A DNA stretch of 64,000 bases from Bythopirellula sp. (GTDB taxonomy: Bacteria > Planctomycetota > Planctomycetia > Pirellulales > Lacipirellulaceae). The stretch covers positions 2,016,001-2,080,000 of the forward strand of contig OZ244170.1 in NCBI GenBank assembly GCA_965216565.1, written 5' to 3'. The position numbers were made by a program, and so were the translations under genes. Positions within the stretch are counted from its first letter, which is position 1; each line of letters opens with the position of its first letter. Below the pieces are notes generated by a model. The model searched no databases. It worked only from the letters and a program-made list of their open reading frames with translations, and had not been told where the DNA came from. Shown piece by piece: positions 1-9,057 of this stretch.

Positions 1-1
1 C

Positions 2-913
2 GTCTTCGAAGATGTGGAAGGCATCTACGATGTTGTGACCGATGACGAACAACGAGCCGAACTTGCTTTTGGTCACCTCAGGGATCGAGGATTTGAAGAA
101 TTTGGATACTTTGCTCCGCCAAGCAAAAAATACTCCTCCAAGCGGGGCAAGTATTTTGTCGAAGTTGTCGAGAAGTCGGGGTTCAAGTGTCGCGAATACA
201 AACCAGGATATCGTGTTGGCCGAAAGATTGGCTGGGAAGAGCAGCAGCGGCGAGTCAGCCGGTGGCTCAAATCCCTGCCATTTCCGGTAGCGATTCTCAC
301 CGTCGATGCGTACCACGGCCGGCAACTCGTTGAAATTTGTAATATGAGTGGCATCCGCGTGCCCGATGAGGTCGCAATCCTGGCGGGAGATACTGACGAA
401 CTAATGTGCGACGTCTGCACGCCTCCGCTCTCAAGTGTCGCGCTGGCGGGTCGAAAGATCGGCTTTGAAGCGGCAGCCCTGCTCGACCGATTAATGCACG
501 ACCAAACGCCCGAATACAAATCCTACAAAGTCCCCCCCGAAGGGATTATCAGCAGACAGTCAACGGACATTTTGGCCATCGACGACGAGTCCGTCGTCAG
601 AGCGCTGCGTTTTATCCAAACGCATGCTTTCCAGGACATCGTCGTCAAAGATATTCTGAACGAGGTTCCAGTTTCGCGGCGTAGCTTGGAGATTCAGTTC
701 AAACACTATTTGGGGCGTTCGCCCGCGGAAGAAATCCGACGTGTCCGATTGGAAAAGGGCCAGGAGCTGTTGGCCCGAACCGACCTTTCCATCGGCGAAA
801 TCGCAGTTGCCAGCGGATTCGCCAATTCCACCCGCTTCGGGGTGGCTTTTCGCAAACGATTCGGAATCACTCCACTAGCATATCGAAAGCAACTACAGCG
901 ATCGAATTGTTGA
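2..913 (+). CDS. XylR-family transcriptional regulator (LacI-type sugar-binding domain + C-terminal AraC HTH), 5'-truncated by the window edge
   Basis: GIRVPDEVAILAGD and CTPPLSSV (periplasmic-binding-protein fold); IISRQSTD linker; VSRRSLEIQFKHYLGRSP...LSIGEIAVASGFANSTRFGVAFRKRFGITPLAYR AraC double HTH; frame is open back to base 2. Confidence 0.9.
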   Translation, partial: VFEDVEGIYDVVTDDEQRAELAFGHLRDRGFEEFGYFAPPSKKYSSKRGKYFVEVVEKSGFKCREYKPGYRVGRKIGWEEQQRRVSRWLKSLPFPVAILTVDAYHGRQLVEICNMSGIRVPDEVAILAGDTDELMCDVCTPPLSSVALAGRKIGFEAAALLDRLMHDQTPEYKSYKVPPEGIISRQSTDILAIDDESVVRALRFIQTHAFQDIVVKDILNEVPVSRRSLEIQFKHYLGRSPAEEIRRVRLEKGQELLARTDLSIGEIAVASGFANSTRFGVAFRKRFGITPLAYRKQLQRSNC

Positions 914-930
914 ATGGACACCCATATAGC

Positions 931-957
931 TGCGCAGAACGAAGAAAAAATTACGCA
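931..957 (+). promoter_or_regulatory. Direct-repeat operator TGCGCA-N15-TACGCA (21-bp period)
   Basis: Half-sites at 931-936 and 952-957; GATAAT at 987; same pattern recurs upstream of about 10 other units. Confidence 0.65.
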
Positions 958-1131
958 CAATTCATTGCGCGATTTTTCACACTTGCGATAATATAAATTG
1001 AGAAATACAGATTCGCGGGGCAGGTCTGCTGCTGACATCCGCAGTGCTTGAGCCCCGCAACCTTGTGTATCCCCTTCGCTCGTCTTCAGCGATCTATCAA
1101 TTCAGAATTCACTCACTCTAAGGAGCATCTA

Positions 1132-2259
1132 ATGCATCGCAATCTTGTTCGTTTCGCGCTATCAGCCGCCGTCCTCATAGTCGGCGTACAAGCACATGGT
1201 CAGGTCATCGTCGATGAAGACTTTGAATCCTATGCAAACGATGCTGCTATGCATGCTGCGTGGGCTCCTTCGGCGTCGCCGCTCAACTCATTTTTGATCG
1301 ACCCCAACTTTCCAGGCGATCCCAATAACCCTTATGGAGTTCTTCCCGCAAAGGGCGGCCTAGATGGTCAGGCAGTATTTTATGATGGGGTCGCCGGTGG
1401 CCAGAACACTTGGCAAACGCCATTTGCAATTGGACCTTCTGCAACACAAACCGTCGAGGTAAGCGTCGACATCGGCCACGACCTGGAGAATTCCAACAAG
1501 CGGCACTCACTCGGATTGAGAAATGTTGGGGCTGGCACAACCAATATCATCGAACTCGGGTTCTATAACGATTTCGCCCCACTTCCTTCTGATCCTAATA
1601 GTCCCAATTTTATTCCGTTCGGTTACCGAACTGTACTGTTCAACAACACAACCAACTGGCAATCCTTTCAAACTCTGTCACCAAGTATCGATAGCGTATT
1701 CGAATTGTCGCTGGCCAACGACGGGACTCCTGCCTTCCACCGGTTTGGTGCGATCATCGATCCCAACAGCATCACCTTCACCTTAGATTTGTTCGCTGAC
1801 GGCGTGATTAGCTCCGCTGCAGCAGACTTCAATGGTGACGATCGTGTGGATGGACTGGACTTTCTCATTCTGCAAGAGAATTTTGGGTTTACAGAAACTG
1901 ATCCTAACAATGGCCGACCCGATGGCGACGCTAACCGCGATTTCGCTGTAGACTCGGCTGACCTGGCCCTTTGGGAAAAAGAATACGGAACCATTGTCGG
2001 CGTAACCCCAGGATTCGATGCGATGGATGTCGTGAATGCACAGGTCATCCTGGACCCTAATGGAGTCGCATTCAATAACATTCGCTTCGGAGGTCCCTCA
2101 GGCATTACCTCCGCTAGTCCTTTCGCTGCTTTCGATAATATTTTGCTCGAGGTGAACGGCGCACCGGTAGAACTCAACGCGGTGCCCGAGCCCTCCACGG
2201 CAATTTTGGCTCTCTTGGCTGGACTAGTTGTTTGGAGAGGCCGTAAGAGCCTTACCTAA
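1132..2259 (+). CDS. PEP-CTERM surface protein, beta-sandwich-like domain with an inserted dockerin-like repeat
   Basis: AGGAG RBS before ATG 1132; signal peptide; DFNGDDRVDGLDFL...GDANRDFAVDSADLALWE; VPEP + TM + basic tail; paralog of 4233..4985. Confidence 0.85.
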   Translation: MHRNLVRFALSAAVLIVGVQAHGQVIVDEDFESYANDAAMHAAWAPSASPLNSFLIDPNFPGDPNNPYGVLPAKGGLDGQAVFYDGVAGGQNTWQTPFAIGPSATQTVEVSVDIGHDLENSNKRHSLGLRNVGAGTTNIIELGFYNDFAPLPSDPNSPNFIPFGYRTVLFNNTTNWQSFQTLSPSIDSVFELSLANDGTPAFHRFGAIIDPNSITFTLDLFADGVISSAAADFNGDDRVDGLDFLILQENFGFTETDPNNGRPDGDANRDFAVDSADLALWEKEYGTIVGVTPGFDAMDVVNAQVILDPNGVAFNNIRFGGPSGITSASPFAAFDNILLEVNGAPVELNAVPEPSTAILALLAGLVVWRGRKSLT

Positions 2260-2289
2260 GAGACGTCCACCGAAGAGTTCTTAGCTTTG

Positions 2290-2335
2290 CCCGCTTCGCG
2301 GTACGGGGCAGACCGTGAAGCGGGTTTCTTCTTTT
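2290..2335 (+). terminator. Intrinsic terminator-like hairpin (near-identical to 28390-28430)
   Basis: CCCGCTTCGCGGT-acggggcag-ACCGTGAAGCGGG followed by TTTCTTCTTTT. Confidence 0.7.
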
Positions 2336-2364
2336 CCGATTATGAATTCTTTTAGGAACAGTCG

Positions 2365-3963
2365 ATGAAGAGGCAACATTCATTACTTGTAGGTGCCTGC
2401 TTTCTACTGCTTGGCATGTCCCAGGCTTACGGTCAATTCGGCGCTATTGGCGACATCAACGTCACCGGTTCGGGGCTTGTCCCCACCGAAAGCGACTACG
2501 TCCCGAACGTGGTCAAATGCGAGAATGGCTTGGCTAGTTTCGAAGCCCTCAAGGCCCAAGCCGTCGCTGCACGTACTTTCGCCTACTACAAGATGGACCA
2601 ACAAGGCTTTATTAACGATGGCACCGGTGATCAGGTCTACAGCTGCTCTGGTTCCGCCGGCACGATTCACCACGAAGCCGCCCAAGCCACCGAGGGCGAA
2701 ATCCTTTGGGTGCGAGATACGGTGGGCGTCCAATCGAATGTTCTGATTGCGTCCTTCTATGTTGCGGGAGCAATCCCGTCGGGAGCATTCGACATCAACA
2801 GCCCAGGCGTGATCGTCGACCCAGGCGATCCCGATCCTACCAGCACCGAGCAATGGGTGACCTACACCTACGCCAACGGCGACACGGCCGGCAACAACTT
2901 GGGCACGCCACTCGGTTTTCAGGGAACTCCAGCCAATCCCAACTGGCCCAATCGCGGAGCAAAGAGCCAAAACGGAGCCGATTTTCTCTCTGACAATAGC
3001 GTCTCCTACATCGATATTTTGAAATATTATTACGGGGCCGACATCCAGTTACGCACCGCGCTGACTGCCGGCTCGGGCGAGCAATTCTCGCTGAAAACGT
3101 TGGTCGATTTCGACGACTACACCGGCTCCATCGATCCCACCATCGACGGACACGAGGGCACTTTCCACCGATCGCCAACTTTCTCTGGCAGCACGACGGC
3201 CAACATCTCGGCATCCACCGCAGACAGAAGCTCTGCCGAATCGTTCAGCGGCAGCCATTCGCAGCTGATTGATATCGTCTACGACGAAGCCTCGGGAACC
3301 GACTTTTTCCTCCGGCACCTGTCTGGAGCCCGCTACGGATTCCTCGGCGGCGGAACTAACGCTGCGGAGAAGATTGACAATCTGCAATTTGAAGCCATTG
3401 GTTCGGTTGGCTTCTGGCTAAAAACCGACGACCCTGGACTCACCGTCTCGATTGCCATGGACGATCCTGGCACCGGCGATCGAGGGATTCCCAAGGCGGT
3501 CATCGCTGACAACCAATGGCACAAGTATCAATGGTTCCTCGATGACAACGACGAGTGGGAAGCCTGGATCGGAGCGGGCGATGGTCAACTCGGCACCACA
3601 AACGTCTCGATCGACTCGATTCATTTCGAGGGAGCAAGCGACGCGCAGATCTACCTAGACGATGTGTTCTGGGATCCTCAAGCAGTCTTTGTGCCACTGA
3701 TCCCAGGTGACTTCAATGGAGATGGAACAGTTGGAGCGGCCGACTTACCACTTTGGGAAACCGGTTATGGCACTTCGAGTGGCGCTCTGATTGGCAATGG
3801 CGATGCCAACGACGACGGGCGAGTCGATGGCACAGACTTCCTCATCTGGCAGGAAAACCTGGGCATGAGTAGCACACCCCCTTTAGCTGCGGTACCAGAG
3901 CCCTGTGCCGCGATGCTCTCCTTGGTAGCAGTTAGCTTGCTCGGTTGCTTCCGAAGCAGGTAG
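2365..3963 (+). CDS. SpoIID/LytB-domain lytic transglycosylase + CBM-like domain + dockerin-like repeat + PEP-CTERM
   Basis: DYVPNVVKCENG (catalytic Glu position), EALKAQAVAARTFAYY, DQVY, SQNGA...YIDILKYYYG are SpoIID signatures; signal peptide; VPEP-TM-RSR. Confidence 0.85.
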   Translation: MKRQHSLLVGACFLLLGMSQAYGQFGAIGDINVTGSGLVPTESDYVPNVVKCENGLASFEALKAQAVAARTFAYYKMDQQGFINDGTGDQVYSCSGSAGTIHHEAAQATEGEILWVRDTVGVQSNVLIASFYVAGAIPSGAFDINSPGVIVDPGDPDPTSTEQWVTYTYANGDTAGNNLGTPLGFQGTPANPNWPNRGAKSQNGADFLSDNSVSYIDILKYYYGADIQLRTALTAGSGEQFSLKTLVDFDDYTGSIDPTIDGHEGTFHRSPTFSGSTTANISASTADRSSAESFSGSHSQLIDIVYDEASGTDFFLRHLSGARYGFLGGGTNAAEKIDNLQFEAIGSVGFWLKTDDPGLTVSIAMDDPGTGDRGIPKAVIADNQWHKYQWFLDDNDEWEAWIGAGDGQLGTTNVSIDSIHFEGASDAQIYLDDVFWDPQAVFVPLIPGDFNGDGTVGAADLPLWETGYGTSSGALIGNGDANDDGRVDGTDFLIWQENLGMSSTPPLAAVPEPCAAMLSLVAVSLLGCFRSR

Positions 3964-4069
3964 CCGTAGGTCAGGCAAGTGTGCCCAAACTGAGATCGCC
4001 TTCAGCCGTGAAGGGAGGCTGTCCGTGCCCCCAGAGGCAGTATTTACAGGCATATCAGGGTTTGCAGAG

Positions 4070-4132
4070 TGCGCAAAGTGGCGAAACTATTGCGCAAGAA
4101 TCGTTGCAAACTTCCGCGGTCCATTTTATCCT
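4070..4132 (+). promoter_or_regulatory. Operator TGCGCA-N15-TGCGCA abutting a sigma70-like promoter (TTGCAA-17-TATCCT)
   Basis: Half-sites at 4070 and 4091; -35 at 4104-4109; -10 at 4127-4132. Confidence 0.7.
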
Positions 4133-4232
4133 AGGAGATATGGGGAGGGGGTTCCGCTTGTAGGGACACCTGGTCAAATCCTTATCACCAACCTTCTTAT
4201 TCGTCGTTCTTTGACTGACAGGAGTAGTTCTA

Positions 4233-4985
4233 ATGATGAAACTAAACCCGCTGACCATTTGCTTGGGGCTTGTTGTTGCCCTTTGCGTATGTTCAGCAAC
4301 ACATGCTGTTACAATCTTTGAGGACGATTTCGAATCGTATGCAGACACTGCGGCTATGCAAGCCGTATGGGGTGCCGCAGGAACTGGAACACTTGATCCA
4401 AATCTTGGCAATCCAAGTCAATCTGGTTTCCACCCAGGTGGCGCACAGAACCAGGTAACAATTCCTGGGTTCATTCCCACTCCTGCCAATCCTGTTATCT
4501 ACTCTGTAGATATCTATGATGACGGCACCAGTGCCAACAAACGAATCACAGCTGGTTTGCGAAATTCTGGTGTAGCAAACTTAATTGAAATGGGCATGTA
4601 CAATAGCCCCAACCATTATGCAGTGCGTGCCGTACTACCTGGTCCAAGCTGGGTCGCCTTCTCTAGCATTACAGATGACGGTGGAACGCCGATCGCAAAT
4701 GCACCGATCCAAGGTTGGCACAGCTACAAGGCTGTTTTCGATGGAACGAACGTAACCTTTACACTCGATCTTGGCGGAACCGGCATTATTAATGCGACTG
4801 AAGTCCTTGCTGCTCCTTACAATGCGGGCTTCCCGATTGATACGGTTCGTATGGGAATTGGCCTTTCCTCTGCCGGTGGTGGAGGCAACTTCGACAACTA
4901 TTTGCTTGAGCAAGTGCCTGAGCCAGGCACGATCGCTCTGTTGGGCATGGCTGCATTTGGCCTCGTTGCCCGACGACGTCGATAA
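4233..4985 (+). CDS. PEP-CTERM surface protein (paralog of 1132..2259, no dockerin)
   Basis: AGGAG RBS; signal peptide; DDFESYADTAAMQAVW, SANKR..GLRN, TFTLDL and FDNYLLE shared with the 1132 protein; VPEP-TM-RRRR. Confidence 0.88.
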   Translation: MMKLNPLTICLGLVVALCVCSATHAVTIFEDDFESYADTAAMQAVWGAAGTGTLDPNLGNPSQSGFHPGGAQNQVTIPGFIPTPANPVIYSVDIYDDGTSANKRITAGLRNSGVANLIEMGMYNSPNHYAVRAVLPGPSWVAFSSITDDGGTPIANAPIQGWHSYKAVFDGTNVTFTLDLGGTGIINATEVLAAPYNAGFPIDTVRMGIGLSSAGGGGNFDNYLLEQVPEPGTIALLGMAAFGLVARRRR

Positions 4986-5035
4986 GTCTGTCGATAAGTT
5001 TGCAGTAAGCACACTTGGAAGACGTGTGAAACTAG

Positions 5036-5069
5036 ACTGCCCTGGGTTCTCCCAGGGCAGTTTTTTTTT
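5036..5069 (+). terminator. Rho-independent terminator
   Basis: ACTGCCCTGGG-TTCT-CCCAGGGCAGT followed by a T run. Confidence 0.85.
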
Positions 5070-5187
5070 GTGCGCTGACTGTAAGAGTTGCCATCCGGCA
5101 GGCGGCGTCTGCCAGGGCACTGCGACATGGACACGCTGTTGCGGAGCTCGATCGCTAACAACGCCCGGGAACGAGTAGCGGAATCAA

Positions 5188-5288
5188 TGAGCCGAAAGCA
5201 CCTGCTGCTAGTCCGGATTGGCCGGCGTCCGGGAGCATCGGATCAGGTCTTTCGATCAGCACTACCCGCGGCTAGCGCCGTCGGCTCA
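5188..5288. repeat. Degenerate REP-like palindromic element
   Basis: TGAGCCGA ... CCCGCGGCTAGCGCCG-TCGGCTCA; 8-bp terminal inverted repeat. Confidence 0.4.
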
Positions 5289-5367
5289 CAGAATTGGATC
5301 GGTGATGGCTTGGGTGTGCTTAAAATTCGAGGTGGCGATAGGGAGCAGTAAACCTCACTGGCAAAGC

Positions 5368-5492
5368 TAGAGCAGATTCGGTTAAAGATTGCCACAGAGA
5401 TCACAGAGTTCACAGAGAATAGATAAGATGTTTCTTATTACACTCTGAGAACTCTGTGATCTCTGTGGCTACTCCGTTAAGAGAACTGCTCT
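5368..5492. repeat. MITE/REP-like element with nested inverted repeats
   Basis: Outer AGAGCAG/CTGCTCT; inner perfect 21-bp inverted repeat GCCACAGAGATCACAGAGTTC (5391-5411) / GAACTCTGTGATCTCTGTGGC (5449-5469); CACAGAG at a 9-bp period. Confidence 0.7.
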
Positions 5493-5627
5493 CGTGTTGC
5501 ACCTAGCCAATAGGATTACTCTAAGTTGCAGCGTGGGTCTGCCCTGAAGGGGTAATAGATTGACGGCCTATCCTCAAGAAACAATTTTTCCCTCTCCTAT
5601 AACCGGGGAGGGGATTGGCATTGGGCT

Positions 5628-7643
5628 CTATGCCATTCGTCGTCGGGTTTTCATCAGCCCCAGCAGAACCGACGCCAACACGATGGCACTCGGCTCGGGA
5701 ACAACCGCAGCAGCAGCAAGCGGACTCACAGACCCGGTGTAGTTCTCCTGCCAATACAAGAAATCAAGCCCGGTGGTCATCCCATCCTCGTCGGCATCGG
5801 AATCGCTGTTGACTCCGTAGTCGCCTTCCCATTGGGCGAGATCTGCATCATCTACGTCGCCATCGCCATCGAAGTCTCCCGCTATGGCAGAGCCCAGCAG
5901 ACCGAGGGGATTGTGAGAAACAGTATCGAGATAAATGGTAGCGTCTCCGGCTCCCGCGAACTGAATGGAGTCAATCGTAATCGTGGGCCCCGTGATAACG
6001 CCGTCGCCTCCGCCAGCCCAACCATCCCATTGGGTATCGTCTTCTAAGTCCCATTGATACAGGTGCCACTCGCCGTCGGCGATTACACTTTGCGAAAAAC
6101 TACGATCAATGGCTGGGCTTAGGTCGTCGATCGCCAATTGGACGCTGATACCGGCATCGTCAGTCTTTAGCCAAAAGCCGATGTAGCCTGTCGCATCGAC
6201 GGCAACATTCCCGGCGGGAGAAGCGGGCGAGCCAATCCCGGAGAGATGACGCAAGAACCAACCACCGGGCTCTCCATTGATCGAAATCTCCTGCGACCCA
6301 ACTCCACCCTGCGATTCTGTAGTGACTCGCGAAGCATCGCTGCCACCGAGAATTCCTGTTGTCGAACCGCTGTAAGTCAACGACCAAGGAAAGTGGCCTT
6401 CGTCGGTTTCAAAGTCGTCGATCACATCGCCGGGCGACCCAGGAGGAGGGTCTTGCAAAGAGTCGAAATAGCTCTTGATAGCCTGCCGATCGGCATTGCT
6501 GTAGCTATTCATGTAAGCTGGAAAGTCGTAGAAGTTCACGCCGTCGGCACCAAAACTGTTTGCCCGCTGAATCTGACTCAGTGTGAGGTTGGCTCCTCCT
6601 CCGCCTGGCTGGACATGCAGATACGAAGCGAGCGTGGGCACGACGCGCGTATTCGTCGGGATACTCATGGTGTTTTGAAGGTTGGGATTGAACAGGTGAT
6701 CGTTCGAGGCGCTCAGATAGATCATTGGCATCACGACATCCAGCAAGTCGTTCTCCATCCAAGTGCGGTAGTCTTGCATGTAATCATTCAGGCCAATATC
6801 GGGGTCACGCCAAACCGAGGCAGAGAACTCCATCGTGCGCCCTTCGCTGATTTCTGCCGCGTCCACTGTTTGTTTGATAGACCCTACCAGGTCGGTAATG
6901 CGGGTGGTAATGAACTCCTTGTACTCTGTGAAGTTCGCCGGATTCGATCCGTCTAGGCCCGGATACGCCTGGGCAAAAAGAGAGTGCGAAGTGGCATCGT
7001 GAGGAAAGCGGTCAAAATCGTAACCGGCTGGGATGTAGCGGATATAGTCGAGATGAATGCCATCGACGTCGTAATTCGTAGCAACGTCATTGACGACGTT
7101 ATTCAGGTGCGTATGAACTTCCGGCAAGATGGGGTTCACGCTGGAGTAAGAGAGTTTGCCACCGGAAGAGAGAGGATATCCTTCTTGCGGTTCTAAGTTT
7201 CCATTGATGTCTTCAAGCCGAAAACTGGGACTCGTATTGTTGTAAATATGCCCCGAGGGAGGGTTGATTGCCGTTGTGTTCCACATCGGCGTAGAATTGA
7301 ACCAGGCATGCAACTTCAAGCCGCGCGAATGGGCCGCATCGATGGCAGTTTGCAATGGGTCGAATCCAGGCGTCAAGTTGTGGACGTCTGGCTCGAAGTT
7401 GCTGTTGTAGAGCGCGTCGCCCCGGCCACGCACCTGCCAAATGACTTCCGAGAAACCTTCGTCTGCGGCCTCTTGCATCATTTGGTTGATCGTGTTGGTC
7501 ATCGACGGAATACTTCCCGTATAGGGAAAGTCGAACCGATCGACAAAAATCGAACGGTAGTCGCCAAATTCGGCCTGCACCTCAACAACAGAGAAAGACA
7601 AGAGAACAAGTGCAGTGAACACTATGGGTGAGCGGCGCATCAT
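5628..7643 (-). CDS. GHL10 (DUF187/DigH-YddW-like) glycoside hydrolase + CBM-like domain + dockerin-like repeat + PEP-CTERM
   Basis: WQVRGRGDALYNS, FDPLQTAIDAAHSRGLKLHAWFN, YDVDGIHLDYIRY, QDYRTW, PMIY; signal peptide from MMRRSP; VPEP-TM-RRR. Confidence 0.85.
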   Translation of the reverse strand: MMRRSPIVFTALVLLSFSVVEVQAEFGDYRSIFVDRFDFPYTGSIPSMTNTINQMMQEAADEGFSEVIWQVRGRGDALYNSNFEPDVHNLTPGFDPLQTAIDAAHSRGLKLHAWFNSTPMWNTTAINPPSGHIYNNTSPSFRLEDINGNLEPQEGYPLSSGGKLSYSSVNPILPEVHTHLNNVVNDVATNYDVDGIHLDYIRYIPAGYDFDRFPHDATSHSLFAQAYPGLDGSNPANFTEYKEFITTRITDLVGSIKQTVDAAEISEGRTMEFSASVWRDPDIGLNDYMQDYRTWMENDLLDVVMPMIYLSASNDHLFNPNLQNTMSIPTNTRVVPTLASYLHVQPGGGGANLTLSQIQRANSFGADGVNFYDFPAYMNSYSNADRQAIKSYFDSLQDPPPGSPGDVIDDFETDEGHFPWSLTYSGSTTGILGGSDASRVTTESQGGVGSQEISINGEPGGWFLRHLSGIGSPASPAGNVAVDATGYIGFWLKTDDAGISVQLAIDDLSPAIDRSFSQSVIADGEWHLYQWDLEDDTQWDGWAGGGDGVITGPTITIDSIQFAGAGDATIYLDTVSHNPLGLLGSAIAGDFDGDGDVDDADLAQWEGDYGVNSDSDADEDGMTTGLDFLYWQENYTGSVSPLAAAAVVPEPSAIVLASVLLGLMKTRRRMA

Positions 7644-7843
7644 TCTGAGTGTGCTCCGAAAGCGAGAGAAAATGAGAGAGACAGTCCTCAAGGACAATCT
7701 GCAGGCAACTCTATTCATACCTATTCTATCCGCCAGCTGAATTACCGACAACAAGAAGCGGTCTGCCCGAGACAACCTTTGCTCTGTTAGCCTCTACGCG
7801 ATCGGTCCCGTCCAATAAGTCCCTTGGCACTATAGATGGTTCC

Positions 7844-7870
7844 TTCGCAAAAACGTGAACCGTATGCGCA
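7844..7870 (+). promoter_or_regulatory. Operator TTCGCA-N15-TGCGCA in a divergent intergenic region
   Basis: Half-sites at 7844 and 7865, 21-bp period. Confidence 0.6.
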
Positions 7871-7991
7871 GAGCTTTGGTTCCCAGTACTGGGTTCGGTT
7901 GTCCCCTATATTGGTTCGACTACAATTCGCTGTTTGGCGGCAGTTGCATGCTAGCCGCAGGTAATTCCGTTGTCCTAGGGATATCGACACC

Positions 7992-9014
7992 ATGAACACT
8001 GTTGTTTCAAGCCACAAAGCTAGAGCGTTTACGCTTGTTGAACTGCTGGTAGTCATTGCCATCATTGGGGTACTTGTCGCATTGTTGCTCAGCGCTGTGC
8101 AGGCCGCTCGTGAGTCGGCGCGGCGAGCCAGTTGTCAGAACAACTTGAAGAATATCTGTTTGGCGAACCTCTCCTACGAATCTGCTAGAGGCAGCTTGCC
8201 TGCGGGCTCGACCGTCAACAAAGTAGCGTTTCGCAATGGGTTGAGTTGGCAAATCCCTTTGCTTCCGCACATCGAAAACAACTCGCTTCTACAGGATATC
8301 AAACAGCAAGTAACAGAATCCCGAGCCGCGGACGTCAACAATCAACCGCTCGACACGCTGGACTTCGACCGCGTGAACAAAATCCAAGTGCCCAGCTACA
8401 AGTGTCCGAGCGACGACGAAGTGATCGATAACCGAAACGGCGAGAACTTTGCGAGCTGTAGTTACGCCGGCATCTCGGGTTCCGCAGCCAGTCGCGGCAT
8501 CACCGATGAGTTTGTGGTCGACCAAAGTGGCCTGTGTGGCGAAACAAATTCCGATGGAGCGCTGTTTCCGGGCAGTCGGGTTCAGCTTCGAGAAGTTGAA
8601 GATGGCACCACCAACACACTGCTGACTGGCGAGCGATGGTACCAGCTGCGAGTTTGGACGGCCGGAGCCTACTGGCGGAAGGAAACCGTAAAGAACTTAA
8701 ACAACGCCCCCGTCCCCGATACGTGCAGTAGCGCACTGAAGAACATCGATTCAGAAATCCCCATCAACCCCTCGCTCCCTGAGATTGGCTACTATGTCGA
8801 CCATCGCGACGGCGACCGCCCCGACGATGCAACGCCCGCCCCGAAAACGCTAACCTTCAACAATCTGCCGTTCGGGAGCTTCCACCCCGGCGGTGCCCAT
8901 TTCGGTTTTGTAGACGGCAGCGTGCAGTTTCTCGCCGATCTACTCGATCCAGTTGTCCTTGCCGAACTCGCATCGCGTGCCGGTGGTGAGCTCTCCGGTA
9001 CAAACTGGAAATAG
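7992..9014 (+). CDS. DUF1559 prepilin-type N-terminal cleavage/methylation domain protein
   Basis: [51 protein letters not shown] (H-X9-DG). Confidence 0.92.
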   Translation: MNTVVSSHKARAFTLVELLVVIAIIGVLVALLLSAVQAARESARRASCQNNLKNICLANLSYESARGSLPAGSTVNKVAFRNGLSWQIPLLPHIENNSLLQDIKQQVTESRAADVNNQPLDTLDFDRVNKIQVPSYKCPSDDEVIDNRNGENFASCSYAGISGSAASRGITDEFVVDQSGLCGETNSDGALFPGSRVQLREVEDGTTNTLLTGERWYQLRVWTAGAYWRKETVKNLNNAPVPDTCSSALKNIDSEIPINPSLPEIGYYVDHRDGDRPDDATPAPKTLTFNNLPFGSFHPGGAHFGFVDGSVQFLADLLDPVVLAELASRAGGELSGTNWK

Positions 9015-9057
9015 CCGAACCTATTTTTTTCACACTCCTACCCGGAACCCTCAAGCT

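Noticed and set aside
2..913. Calling the regulator xylR, the activator of xylA
   Set aside because: It lies 51 kb from xylA, the family is highly paralogous in planctomycetes, and the candidate operators cluster in the PG locus; only a weak pair lies near xylA.
2365..3963. Sporulation gene spoIID
   Set aside because: No other sporulation genes are present; the architecture and context point to PG degradation.
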